A stretch of DNA of 41,385 bases, taken from positions 1 to 41,385 of the forward strand of contig JAQCIU010000028.1 of the NCBI GenBank assembly GCA_027593235.1. The letters are read 5' to 3'. Below the pieces are notes generated by a model. That model saw only the letters and a program-made list of their open reading frames with translations. It had not been told where the DNA came from and made no database searches. Positions 28,633-37,981 of this stretch are shown in pieces. Positions within the stretch are counted from its first letter, which is position 1. Each line of letters opens with the position of its first letter. A program made the translations under genes and the position numbers. This DNA comes from Chloroflexota bacterium. Lineage in GTDB: Bacteria > Chloroflexota > Dehalococcoidia > UBA2979.

Positions 28633-30519
28633 CTACGGCATGCGCTCTCGCTTCGCGCCGCTGAGCCTCCGCTGCCATCGCTGGATCCGGATCCGTGCCT
28701 GCATCGCCAGGTACCGAATCTGCCGCCGCCGTCGTACCCGGAACCGCCCTGCGTAGCGGTCGAGGGCCTGCCAGTCGATCGCCGTGCCGGGGAACGATGC
28801 CGGTCCAACCACGCGCGTGCGCTCCTTGCGTTCGTGGAGCCGCTCGAATTGCACGTTGTCGTTGTGATTGGTAATCAGCGCCGGACCGGTCTCGGCCGTG
28901 AACTCGTGGAACGTGTCGGTCGGCGCGTAGGCCGACAAAGTGAGACCGACCCGCCCGGCGAACTCCTGCAGCGTGGCCCGATGCTCCTCGATTCGCCGGT
29001 TGGCCGGCGGCGTGTCCCAGTCCAGGAGTTGTCGTGCCGTCGAGTGCGTCAGACCCTGCACGCTCAGATCGAATTCCGGGTACCGGGCCAACAGCGTGAA
29101 CCCACACGAAGAGACGGTGATGTAGGGGCGATGCCAGCGGGCGCGGTACCCGCGCGGCGCCGAGCGCGAGGTCGCTAGGTCCCACTCGACCGTCTCGGTC
29201 GCCCCGAACACCTCGACACGCGCGAGCAGCACGCCGCGCAGCCCACGCGCCGTCGCATCCGCGTACGCCTGCCGCAGCCGCGAGGTGTCGTGTGCCCCCG
29301 CCGCCGCGAACAGCGTCTCGGGAGCGCCGAGGACCAACGTCATCCGGTCGCTCGCGTGCTGCAGCGTCGCTGCGCTCCAGCGTCGGGCGGAGCTGAACGG
29401 GACCTGCGCCACGCGCACCGCCCCGTTCGACCGCGCGCGCAGCTCCTCCGCCAGCGCGTCCGCCGTCTTGCTCTCGCCCTCGGTCGCCACCGCGTACGCC
29501 GCGAGCCAGCCGTCGAGGGCGTCCGGGAACTCGGTCAGCCAGTCGACCGCCGCCAGCGTCAGCCGGTTCGTCGTCAGCGTGCCCGTCTTGTCGAGGCCAA
29601 TCACATCGACGTAGTTCAGCGCCTCGACGCCCTGCATGTCCTGCACGATCGCGCCGGAACGGGAAACGCGCAGCGCGCCCACTGCGGTCACAATGGTCAT
29701 GCCGAGCAGCAACCCCGCCGGGACGACGGTGGTCACCGTCGCGGTCGTCGCCTTCAGCGACTCGGCCAGGCCCCGTTCATCGATGTTGAACTGGATGAAC
29801 AGCACTGCCGCCAGCGCGCCGGTGGTGATCAGCAGCATCCGCAGCAACCGGTTGAAGCGATGGGTCAGCGGGCTGGCACGCTTGATCAGTTGGCGCGACT
29901 CCGCCGTCAGTCGTACCGCGTACGCCTGCTCCCCAACGCGCGCCGCCGTGTAGTAGCAGTCCCCCGCGACGCAGAAGCTCCCCGATCGCAACTCCACACC
30001 ACGCTCGCGCCGCACCGGATCCGACTCACCGGTCAGCAGCGACTCATCGATCTCCGCGCCCTCCGCGACGATCGGCCCATCCGCCACTACCTGGTCGCCG
30101 GGCTCCAGGTGGAGCAGATCGCCCTCGACGACCTCCGCCGCGCGGATCGATCGTTCGAGGCCGTCGCGCACCACCGTCGCCCGTGGCGCCGTCAGCGCTC
30201 GCAACTCCCGCAGCCGTCGCGTCGCCTGCAGTTCCTGGATCGTTGCCACCGCGACGTTCGCGAACACCACCCCGCCGACGAACAGCCCATCGCTGAACTC
30301 GCCGACAGCCAGCAGCGCCGCGATCAGCGTCGCCAGCACCACGTTGAAGAACGTCAGCAGGTTGCCGCGAATCACGTCGCGGTCGCTACGTTGGCGAGAC
30401 CGATCGAGGTTCGAGCGCCCGCCCTCGAGGCGCGCACGCGCCTCGGCCTCCGTGAGGCCGCGCATCGGTGCGATCGCCGCCGCCGGCGACGCTGCCGAGG
30501 TGGTGCCGAGGTCGGTCAT
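28633..30519 (-). CDS. Chimeric ORF: N-terminal part of a CtpE-like P-type ATPase fused in-frame to about 190 unrelated residues
   Basis: GLTEAEA, LTGES, DKTGTLT and PFSSARRWS present; TGD, GDGxND and the C-terminal TM helices absent after about 29210. Confidence 0.75.
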   Translation of the reverse strand: MTDLGTTSAASPAAAIAPMRGLTEAEARARLEGGRSNLDRSRQRSDRDVIRGNLLTFFNVVLATLIAALLAVGEFSDGLFVGGVVFANVAVATIQELQATRRLRELRALTAPRATVVRDGLERSIRAAEVVEGDLLHLEPGDQVVADGPIVAEGAEIDESLLTGESDPVRRERGVELRSGSFCVAGDCYYTAARVGEQAYAVRLTAESRQLIKRASPLTHRFNRLLRMLLITTGALAAVLFIQFNIDERGLAESLKATTATVTTVVPAGLLLGMTIVTAVGALRVSRSGAIVQDMQGVEALNYVDVIGLDKTGTLTTNRLTLAAVDWLTEFPDALDGWLAAYAVATEGESKTADALAEELRARSNGAVRVAQVPFSSARRWSAATLQHASDRMTLVLGAPETLFAAAGAHDTSRLRQAYADATARGLRGVLLARVEVFGATETVEWDLATSRSAPRGYRARWHRPYITVSSCGFTLLARYPEFDLSVQGLTHSTARQLLDWDTPPANRRIEEHRATLQEFAGRVGLTLSAYAPTDTFHEFTAETGPALITNHNDNVQFERLHERKERTRVVGPASFPGTAIDWQALDRYAGRFRVRRRRQIRYLAMQARIRIQRWQRRLSGAKRERMP

Positions 30520-30668
30520 CGCCGCATGGTGCCCGAGACCGCGCCGCGACACGAGTGACGGAGGAACTGATCAGCCGGGCATCGCGTCGCCGCGCCGCTG
30601 CAGGAGCGGCATCGAGGCGCGTGCACTGGTAGCCCCAGGCCGCGCCAATCGATGCCGCCCGCTCGCGT

Positions 30669-31475
30669 CTAGCTGCCCTTCCCGGTGAACACCGGGTCCC
30701 GCTTCTCGATGAAGGCGCGCCGTGCTTCCTGCCCGTCCAGGCTCCCCAGCGACTTGCCGATGTTCCACAGCTCCCAGCGCAAGTGCTTATCGAGGTCGAT
30801 CGCGCTCGCCTCCCGGACCACCCGCTTCGTCGCCCGCCCGGTGATCGGCGAGAGCTTCGTCAGCGACGTCAGGTACTCGTGGAACCGCTCCTCGAAGCGA
30901 TCCTCCGGCACCACCTCGCCCACCAGTCCCAGTCGCAGCGCCTCGTCCGCGTGCACCGTGCGGTTCTCCAGCAGGAAGCGCATCGCCTGCTCGTAGCCCA
31001 TCGCCTGCACCAGCGTGAACGACAGCCCGCCGTCCGGCGATCCGCCGATGCGCGGGTAACCCGCCAACAGGCGCGCGCTGTCGGACATCAGCCGGATGTC
31101 CGTGCCCATCGCCAGCGACAGGCCGGCGCCAACGGCCACGCCGTTGATCCCGCCCACAATCGGCTTGTCGCACTCCTGGCGGAGCGTCAGCAGGAACCGG
31201 CTCACCCAGCCCAGCTCGTCCAGGTACTTGTTCTGGTCGCTCATCGGAATGTGCTGACTCTGGTCGCCTTCGGGGGTCAGATCGAGCCCGGCACAGAACG
31301 AATCGCCGCTGCCGGTCAGCCCCAGCACCCAGATGTCGTCGTCGAGCATCGACTCACGGACAGCCGTGATCACGCCCCACGCCAGCTCCAACGAGACCGC
31401 GTTCTTCTTCTCCGGCCGGTTCATCCGGATCAGCCGAACATGCCCCTCATCGTGCACCTGGACGACGTCGCTCAT
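30669..31475 (-). CDS. Enoyl-CoA hydratase/isomerase family, PaaG-like catalytic pattern
   Basis: NRPEKKNA, FCAGLDL, NGVAVGAGLSLA and PDGG; lacks the two hydratase Glu; GGAGG RBS. Confidence 0.88.
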   Translation of the reverse strand: MSDVVQVHDEGHVRLIRMNRPEKKNAVSLELAWGVITAVRESMLDDDIWVLGLTGSGDSFCAGLDLTPEGDQSQHIPMSDQNKYLDELGWVSRFLLTLRQECDKPIVGGINGVAVGAGLSLAMGTDIRLMSDSARLLAGYPRIGGSPDGGLSFTLVQAMGYEQAMRFLLENRTVHADEALRLGLVGEVVPEDRFEERFHEYLTSLTKLSPITGRATKRVVREASAIDLDKHLRWELWNIGKSLGSLDGQEARRAFIEKRDPVFTGKGS

Positions 31476-31672
31476 CCGCAATACCTCCTGGCAAGTACTG
31501 AATAGTGAAGTTCCTCGGCGAGCCTAGCAGCCAGCCCGCTTTCGCGGTCCACCCGGCGGATCCGCGGTCCCGGGACGAAGGTCACATGACCAGCAGTCTG
31601 ATCGCCTCTCGGGGGGCTACCGCGCCCAGGCGTATTCTCGATGCAACAGGATCAACATGAACGGGAGGCGCG

Positions 31673-32128
31673 ATGTACCAAAAAGCGCTCGTCGCGACCG
31701 ATGGATCGGGATTTTCGAAGGCGGCGATCACCCACGTCGTGAAGCTCGCCCCGGCGCAAGTCGTCGTCGTGCAAGTGCCTGACTCCGTGCCGATGCTCCT
31801 CGCCGGTGCCGGCGCGCCCGGCTTTGTCGACGCCGATACGGCGCAACGCCTCGCCGACGCCGAACTGGCCGAGGTCGATAAGAGCCTCGCCAATGCGAAA
31901 GCCGCGCTCGAGGCCGCCGGTATTACCAACGTCCAAACCGTCGTCGGCCGCGGCCGACCGGGCGACGCGATCGTGCAGGCGGCCAAAGAGCAGGGCTGCG
32001 ACGTCATCGTCCTCGCCACACACGGACGCAGCGGCATTTCTCGCGCCATGCTCGGCTCGGTAGCAGACTATGTCGTACACCACGCCGAGGATGCCGCCGT
32101 CCTTCTGGTCCGTCCGCCGAAGTCATAG
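31673..32128 (+). CDS. Universal stress protein
   Basis: LVATDGS N-terminus and ATHGRSGISRAMLGSVADYVV ATP-binding motif; GGGAGG RBS. Confidence 0.93.
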   Translation: MYQKALVATDGSGFSKAAITHVVKLAPAQVVVVQVPDSVPMLLAGAGAPGFVDADTAQRLADAELAEVDKSLANAKAALEAAGITNVQTVVGRGRPGDAIVQAAKEQGCDVIVLATHGRSGISRAMLGSVADYVVHHAEDAAVLLVRPPKS

Positions 32129-32164
32129 CGGGCGATCTTCGGCGCAACGCAGCGAGGGAGCGCC

Positions 32165-33679
32165 GTGGGCTGGAAACGAACGCTCCTCGCCGGATCGGCC
32201 GCCGCGACGGCCGCCGTCGCCACCTACGACCTCGTGCAGCGGCAGCACGCCGTGCTCCGCAACTTCCCGATCGTCGGGCACCTGCGCTATCTCCTCGAGG
32301 AGATTGGCCCGGAGTTCCGCCAGTACGTCGTCACCAGCAACACCGAGGAACTGCCCTTCAACCGTGACCAGCGACGCTGGATCTACGCGTCATCCAAGCA
32401 TCAGAACAACTACTTCGCCTTCGGCACGGTCCAGGAGCTGGAGCGCTCGCCCAATTACCTGATCGTCAAACACTCCTCCTTTCCGCTCCTCTCGCCGCAG
32501 CCGGGCGAACCCGGCTACGACCCGCAGCACCACATCCCCGTCGCCAAGGTGTTGGGCGCGGCCCGGGCACGCCGCCACGCCTTTCGCCCCGCCTCGGTGA
32601 TCAACATCTCCGGCATGAGCTTCGGTTCGCTCTCCGCGAACGCGATCGCCGCGCTCAACGAGGGCGCCGAGCGCGCCGGCTGCCTCCATAACACCGGCGA
32701 GGGCGGTCTCTCCACCCACCATCAGCGCGGCGGCGAGCTCATCTGGCAGCTCGGCAGCGGCTACTTCGGCGCCCGCGACGATCGAGGGCGCTTCGATATG
32801 ACCCGCCTCAAGGACGTCGTCGCCGCCAACCCCGTCCGCGCGATCGAGGTCAAGCTCAGCCAGGGCGCCAAGCCCGGCCTCGGCGGCGTATTGCCCGCCG
32901 CCAAAGTCACCCCCGAGATCAGCCGCATCCGAGGCGTGCCGATCGGCAAGGACTGCATCAGCCCCGCCGCGCACCCCGAGTTCCATGACGTCGACACGAT
33001 GCTGGACTTCGTCGAACGCATCGCCGCCGAGACCGGGCTGCCCGTCGGCATCAAGTCCGCCGTCGGCGATCAGGGCTTCTGGACCGAACTCGCAGAGCGC
33101 ATGGCCCACGAGGACCGCGGCGTCGACTTCATCACCATCGATGGTGGCGAGGGCGGGACCGGCGCGGCGCCACTCGCCTTCACCGACCAGGTCGCGTTGC
33201 CCTTCAAGCTCGGGTTCAGTCGCGTCTACGCCGAATTCGCGAAGCGCGGCATCGCCGATGACATCGTGTTCATCGGCTCCGGCAAGCTCGGCTTCCCGGA
33301 GGAGGCGCTCCTCGCGTTCGCCCTCGGTTGCGACATGGTCAACGTCGGCCGCGAGGCGATGATGTCGATCGGCTGCATCCAGGCGCAGCGCTGCCACACC
33401 GGCCGCTGCCCCGTCGGCGTCGCCACCCAGAGCCAGTGGCTGATGCGCGGACTCGATCCCGAGGTGAAGTCCGCTCGGCTCGCGAACTACGTCGTCGCCT
33501 TCCGCAAAGAACTCCTCGCCCTCTGCCGCGCCTGTGGCGTCGAGGGACCCGCGCTCGTCTCCCTCGACCACCTCGACGTGATCGACGACCGCTTCGGGTC
33601 CCGCGCCGCCCGCGAGGTCTTCGGTTACGCCGAGGACTGGGGCGTTCCTCCGGAGCTGCCCGGCGCCACGCTCGCCTGA
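32165..33679 (+). CDS. Stand-alone FMN-binding glutamate synthase family protein
   Basis: SGMSFGSLS, NTGEGG, IEVKLSQGAKPG, DGGEGGTGA and CIQAQRCHTGRCP (3Fe-4S) motifs. Confidence 0.92.
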   Translation: MGWKRTLLAGSAAATAAVATYDLVQRQHAVLRNFPIVGHLRYLLEEIGPEFRQYVVTSNTEELPFNRDQRRWIYASSKHQNNYFAFGTVQELERSPNYLIVKHSSFPLLSPQPGEPGYDPQHHIPVAKVLGAARARRHAFRPASVINISGMSFGSLSANAIAALNEGAERAGCLHNTGEGGLSTHHQRGGELIWQLGSGYFGARDDRGRFDMTRLKDVVAANPVRAIEVKLSQGAKPGLGGVLPAAKVTPEISRIRGVPIGKDCISPAAHPEFHDVDTMLDFVERIAAETGLPVGIKSAVGDQGFWTELAERMAHEDRGVDFITIDGGEGGTGAAPLAFTDQVALPFKLGFSRVYAEFAKRGIADDIVFIGSGKLGFPEEALLAFALGCDMVNVGREAMMSIGCIQAQRCHTGRCPVGVATQSQWLMRGLDPEVKSARLANYVVAFRKELLALCRACGVEGPALVSLDHLDVIDDRFGSRAAREVFGYAEDWGVPPELPGATLA

Positions 33680-33792
33680 TCCCACCCGCTCGAGCGGATC
33701 GGCCTCGTCCGATCACCGAACTCCGGTATCATGCGCGGCGATCCACGAGTGTCGAGGCGTAACGACGCACGGCAACTGAAGCTGGAGTCTCC

Positions 33793-34773
33793 ATGCAAAT
33801 CAGTCCCTCTGTCCGCGCGGCGATGGTCCCCGATCAGAACCCGATGCACCCCGACTTCACCTCCATCTACCTGGTGGGGCCGAAGGGCGGGCAGTCCCTC
33901 ACGATCGACTCCGGCGAGGCGATCGAGCGCTACCAGTGGTTCTTGCGCGGCTACCTCGCCGCCGTCGAACGGGAAGAGATCGGGATCGCCGCGATCACCC
34001 ACCACCACTCGGATCACTCCGGCAACCTGAAGTGGGCGAAAGAGGTCCTCTCCGCGGAGATCGCGATCCCCGCCGGCGGCCGCCGCCTCCTCAAGGGCCG
34101 CATCCCGCGCGAGGTCAGCTCCCTCGAGGAAGGCCAGACGATCGATCTCGGCGAGGGCGTCAGGGTCCAGGTCATGGCCACGCCGGGCCACAGCGTGGAT
34201 TCGCTCTGCTACTACATCGAAGAAGAAGGCGTGCTCTTCACCGGCGACACCCTGCTCGGCTCGTCCACCACCACCGTCTCCGACCTCGGCGCTTACCGTC
34301 AGAGCCTCCAACGGCTGCTCGACTTGCCCAACCTCAAGGTGATCTGCCCCGGCCACGGCAAGATCGTCGAGGACCCGCGCGAGCGGCTGCTGCAGTACGT
34401 GAACCACCGCAACATGCGGGAACAGCAGGTGCTCGACGCGCTCAAGGGCAGCGTCCAGCTCAGTAGCTGGGACATCATGCTCAAGCTCTATCCGCACATC
34501 GATACCCGCCTGCGCCGCGCTGCCGAGGGCAACGTGCGCAGCCACCTCGATCAACTCGCTGCCGAGGGCCAGATCACCGTTCACGAGGGCAAACCGCGCC
34601 GTCCGCGCAGCACGGCGGCCCACAACCACGAGCACGAGCACGTCCGCCAGCAGGACCTGGTCATCAAGCACGCGAAACGCATAGAGACCGCGCGCCGTCG
34701 TGCCGAGATCCGCATCCAGGAGAACCCGCCGAGCGACCAGTGGGCGAAGCCCCCGCTCTACGAACTGACATAA
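33793..34773 (+). CDS. MBL-fold metallo-hydrolase (LACTB2-like) with C-terminal extension
   Basis: THHHSDH, TPGHS, FTGD and PGHG motifs. Confidence 0.88.
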   Translation: MQISPSVRAAMVPDQNPMHPDFTSIYLVGPKGGQSLTIDSGEAIERYQWFLRGYLAAVEREEIGIAAITHHHSDHSGNLKWAKEVLSAEIAIPAGGRRLLKGRIPREVSSLEEGQTIDLGEGVRVQVMATPGHSVDSLCYYIEEEGVLFTGDTLLGSSTTTVSDLGAYRQSLQRLLDLPNLKVICPGHGKIVEDPRERLLQYVNHRNMREQQVLDALKGSVQLSSWDIMLKLYPHIDTRLRRAAEGNVRSHLDQLAAEGQITVHEGKPRRPRSTAAHNHEHEHVRQQDLVIKHAKRIETARRRAEIRIQENPPSDQWAKPPLYELT

Positions 34774-34809
34774 CGGAGCGACCAGGTCCGACCGAAGGAG
34801 CGAGGCACG

Positions 34810-35988
34810 ATGCCCGACCTCGAGGAGCGCCGACGCCTCGCCACGAACGCCATCGAGGACGCCTCGCCGGCACTCCGCGCGCTCAGCCTCGATATCCACG
34901 CGCACCCCGAACTGCAGTTCCAAGAACACCACGCGCACGCCGTCCTCACTGACCTTCTGGAGGATCGCGGCTTCGAGGTGAATCGTGGCGCCTACGGGAT
35001 GGACACCGCCTTTCGCGCGGTGATCGGCAGTGGCAAACCGACCGTCGCTGTGATGTGCGAATACGATGCGCTCCCCGGAATCGGGCACGCCTGTGGACAT
35101 AACCTCATCGCGATCTCCGGCGTTGCCGTCGGCCTCGCACTCCAGGCCGCGCTCGAACCCGGCGAGGGCACCATCGTCGTCCTCGGGAGCCCCGCCGAAG
35201 AGGGCGGCGGCGGCAAGATCCGCATGATCGAGGAGGGCGCGTTCGCCTCCATCGACGCGGCCGTCATGCTCCACCCGGGCGTCGAGGACTGTGCGTCACC
35301 GCGAACCCTCGCCGCGCGCCAGCTCGACGTGCGCTTTCACGGCAAGGCCTCGCACGCGGCGGCCCGCCCGTGGGACGGCATCAACGCCCTCGATGCGATG
35401 ATCCTCGGCTTCAACGCCGTCGGGCTGCTCCGTCAGCAGGTCGAACCAAGCGCCCGCATCCACGGCATCATCACCGACGGCGGCAAGGCGACGAACATCA
35501 TCCCGGACTACAGCCGCGCCATCTTCGGCGTGCGCGCTCCAACGCTCGCCCAGCGTGCCGCGCTGGAGCCCCGCCTCCAGGCCTGCTTCGAGGGCGCCGC
35601 CGAGCAGACCGGCGCGCGCCTGGAGTTCCGCTGGGGCAGCCAGCCGTACGCTGACCTCCAGTCGAACCCGCTGCTCGCCACCGGCTACGAGGCTCACTTC
35701 CGCGCCCTCGGCGGCGATCCGGTCCCGGAACGCGCCTCCGGCAGCACCGACATGGGCAACGTCAGCTACGAAGTCCCGACGCTCCACCCCGGCTTCGCTG
35801 TGCCCTCGGAGATCGGGACGCACAACGCCGGCTTCACCGAAGCCGCCGCCACCACGGTCGCCCACGAGCGCACGCTCCGCGCCGCGACCGCGCTCGCGCA
35901 CACCGCGCTCGACCTGTACCTGGTGTCCGGCGCACTCGCTGCCGCCCGCGCCGGCTTCGACGCGATGAAGGCCGCTCAGCCCGCGTAG
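34810..35988 (+). CDS. M20 family amidohydrolase (ACY1L2-like)
   Basis: HPELQFQE, EYDALP, HACGHN, PAEEGGGGK and GSTDMGNVS motifs. Confidence 0.92.
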   Translation: MPDLEERRRLATNAIEDASPALRALSLDIHAHPELQFQEHHAHAVLTDLLEDRGFEVNRGAYGMDTAFRAVIGSGKPTVAVMCEYDALPGIGHACGHNLIAISGVAVGLALQAALEPGEGTIVVLGSPAEEGGGGKIRMIEEGAFASIDAAVMLHPGVEDCASPRTLAARQLDVRFHGKASHAAARPWDGINALDAMILGFNAVGLLRQQVEPSARIHGIITDGGKATNIIPDYSRAIFGVRAPTLAQRAALEPRLQACFEGAAEQTGARLEFRWGSQPYADLQSNPLLATGYEAHFRALGGDPVPERASGSTDMGNVSYEVPTLHPGFAVPSEIGTHNAGFTEAAATTVAHERTLRAATALAHTALDLYLVSGALAAARAGFDAMKAAQPA

Positions 35989-36034
35989 GCCAGCCCTCGT
36001 AGGGCGCCGACTGAATCGCTGGAGCGGCTGCTGG

Positions 36035-37666
36035 CTAGAAGGCGGCGGCCTGTCCGTCGGCCCGGGGATCGGATCCGGCAATCAGCACGCCCGTACTGGG
36101 ATCGCGCATGATCACCTGCCCCTTGCCGAAGACACTCGTCCGGCTCAGCCCGTCGACACGCTCAACCTCGTGACCCAGCGCGGCCAGCGCGGCAACCGTG
36201 GCGTCGGGCAGTCCCTCCTCCAGGCTGACGACGCCGTGCGGCGGGTCGCTGTAGATGCAGAAGCGCGGCTCATCGAGGGCCGCCTGCGGGTCGAGCCCGT
36301 CGTCGATCAGCCCCACCGCCACCTGCACGTGACCCTGCGGCTGCATCCAGCCGCCCATCACCCCGTAGCAGGCAAACAGATCGTCGTTCGCGTCCGTGAT
36401 CATCGAGGGAATAATCGTGTGGTACGGGCGTTTCCCGGGCGCCAGCGCGTTCGGATGGGTCGGATCCAGGCTGAACCCCGCCCCGCGATTCTGCAGCGGG
36501 AACCCGCACCCGCGCGGCACGATCCCCGTGCCGACGCCGTTGTAGTTGCTGTTGATGAAGCTGCACGCGTTCCCGTCGCCATCGACGACCGAGAAGTAGA
36601 CCGTGTCGCTCCCCACCGCGAGATCGACGCCGCGCGCGAGGTCCAGCCGTGCCGCCGGGTCGATCCGCGCCCGCAACTCCGAGGCGTGCGCCGCCGACAG
36701 CAGCCGCTCGACCGGAACGTCCTCGATCGCCGGATCCGCGACGTGACCGCGCGCGTCCGCGAATCCGAGCCGTACCGCTTCGATCAGCGTGTGGAACCGC
36801 TCCGGCGACCGTCGCGGCAGCTCGGCGAAATCGAAGCCCTCGATCACGTTCAGCGCGATCAGCGCCGCGATCCCCTGGCCGTTCGGCGCGCACTCGAACA
36901 CCGTGTGCCCGCGGTACGTGGTGCTGATCGGATCGTCGAACGTCGAGCGATGAGCGGCGAGATCGGCGAGCGCGAGGTGCCCGCCCAGTTCCGAGGTCAC
37001 ACGTACGATCTCGGCACCCGCGCGGCCCTCGTAGAAGGCCGCTGGACCGCCCTCCGCGATCTCGCGCAGCACCGAGGCGAGTCCGGGGTTGCGCCAGATC
37101 TCGCCGACGCGCGGGGCGCGCCCGTAGATCAACAACTCCGCGGCGTTCGGGCTCGCGTTGCGGATCTTCTCGGACTCCGCGTCCCAGAGCCGCGCGATCA
37201 CCGGTGCCATCGCTGCGCCATCCTCGGCAAGTGCGATCGCCCCGGGCAGCACGTCCGCGAGGCCCATCGTCCCGAAGCGGGCCAGCGTATCGGCCCAGCC
37301 GGCCACCGCCCCCGGCACGGTCACGTTGTGCACGTGGTGACGCGGCAGTCCGTCGCCGAATCCCTCGGCGGCGAGCACCTCGAGGTTGAGCGCGGCCGCT
37401 GCTCGGCCGCTGCCGTTGAGGCCGGAGACGCGCTTCGTCGCGGCGTCGTAGAAAAGCGTGAAACAGTCGCCGCCGACCCCGGTGCCCGTCGGCTCGACGA
37501 CCGCCAACGCGGCCGCCGTTGCGACCGCCGCGTCGGCCGCGTTGCCGCCGCGCCGAAGCACCTCGAGGCCAATCTGCGCCGCCAGCGGATGACTGGCCGC
37601 CACCACACCGTTCCGCGCGTACACGGCGGAGCGACGCGATTCGTAGTTGAAGCTGTGATCGAACAT
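36035..37666 (-). CDS. ggt: Gamma-glutamyltransferase family (Ntn hydrolase)
   Basis: GGNAADAA, TVPGAV, SDTVYFSVVD (nucleophile Thr), PGKRPYHTI, GVMGG and GSDPRADG motifs. Confidence 0.93.
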   Translation of the reverse strand: MFDHSFNYESRRSAVYARNGVVAASHPLAAQIGLEVLRRGGNAADAAVATAAALAVVEPTGTGVGGDCFTLFYDAATKRVSGLNGSGRAAAALNLEVLAAEGFGDGLPRHHVHNVTVPGAVAGWADTLARFGTMGLADVLPGAIALAEDGAAMAPVIARLWDAESEKIRNASPNAAELLIYGRAPRVGEIWRNPGLASVLREIAEGGPAAFYEGRAGAEIVRVTSELGGHLALADLAAHRSTFDDPISTTYRGHTVFECAPNGQGIAALIALNVIEGFDFAELPRRSPERFHTLIEAVRLGFADARGHVADPAIEDVPVERLLSAAHASELRARIDPAARLDLARGVDLAVGSDTVYFSVVDGDGNACSFINSNYNGVGTGIVPRGCGFPLQNRGAGFSLDPTHPNALAPGKRPYHTIIPSMITDANDDLFACYGVMGGWMQPQGHVQVAVGLIDDGLDPQAALDEPRFCIYSDPPHGVVSLEEGLPDATVAALAALGHEVERVDGLSRTSVFGKGQVIMRDPSTGVLIAGSDPRADGQAAAF

Positions 37667-37722
37667 GCCCCGCATCATACGGGGCATGTCATCTTCGTCC
37701 GGGCTGTTCGCGACTGACGCTG

Positions 37723-37950
37723 CTACCGCTTGAGCACCCGCAGCGGCGCAAAGAACCCGTAGACCCCACCGACGCCCAGCATCACGATCGGCACGATCAG
37801 GACGAGTGCACTGTCCAGCGCGTACACCGACATCTGCAGCAGCGACAGGCTGAGGAAGATGCCGAAGAGGAGCCCAAATACGGCGCCCATCACCGGGCGT
37901 CCGCGCACTGCTCCGCCCGACTCGCTCGTTTCGGTCGATTCGCTTGCCAT
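37723..37950 (-). CDS. Small two-TM membrane protein
   Basis: 75 aa with two hydrophobic segments; GAGGGGAG RBS; 31 nt after the upstream gene. Confidence 0.75.
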   Translation of the reverse strand: MASESTETSESGGAVRGRPVMGAVFGLLFGIFLSLSLLQMSVYALDSALVLIVPIVMLGVGGVYGFFAPLRVLKR

Positions 37951-37981
37951 CAGGATCGCTCCCCTCGCTGCGCTGCGGCGG

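Noticed and set aside
28507-28640. Integrative element at tRNA-Gly
   Set aside because: No integrase, and I saw no duplicated tRNA 3' end in the window
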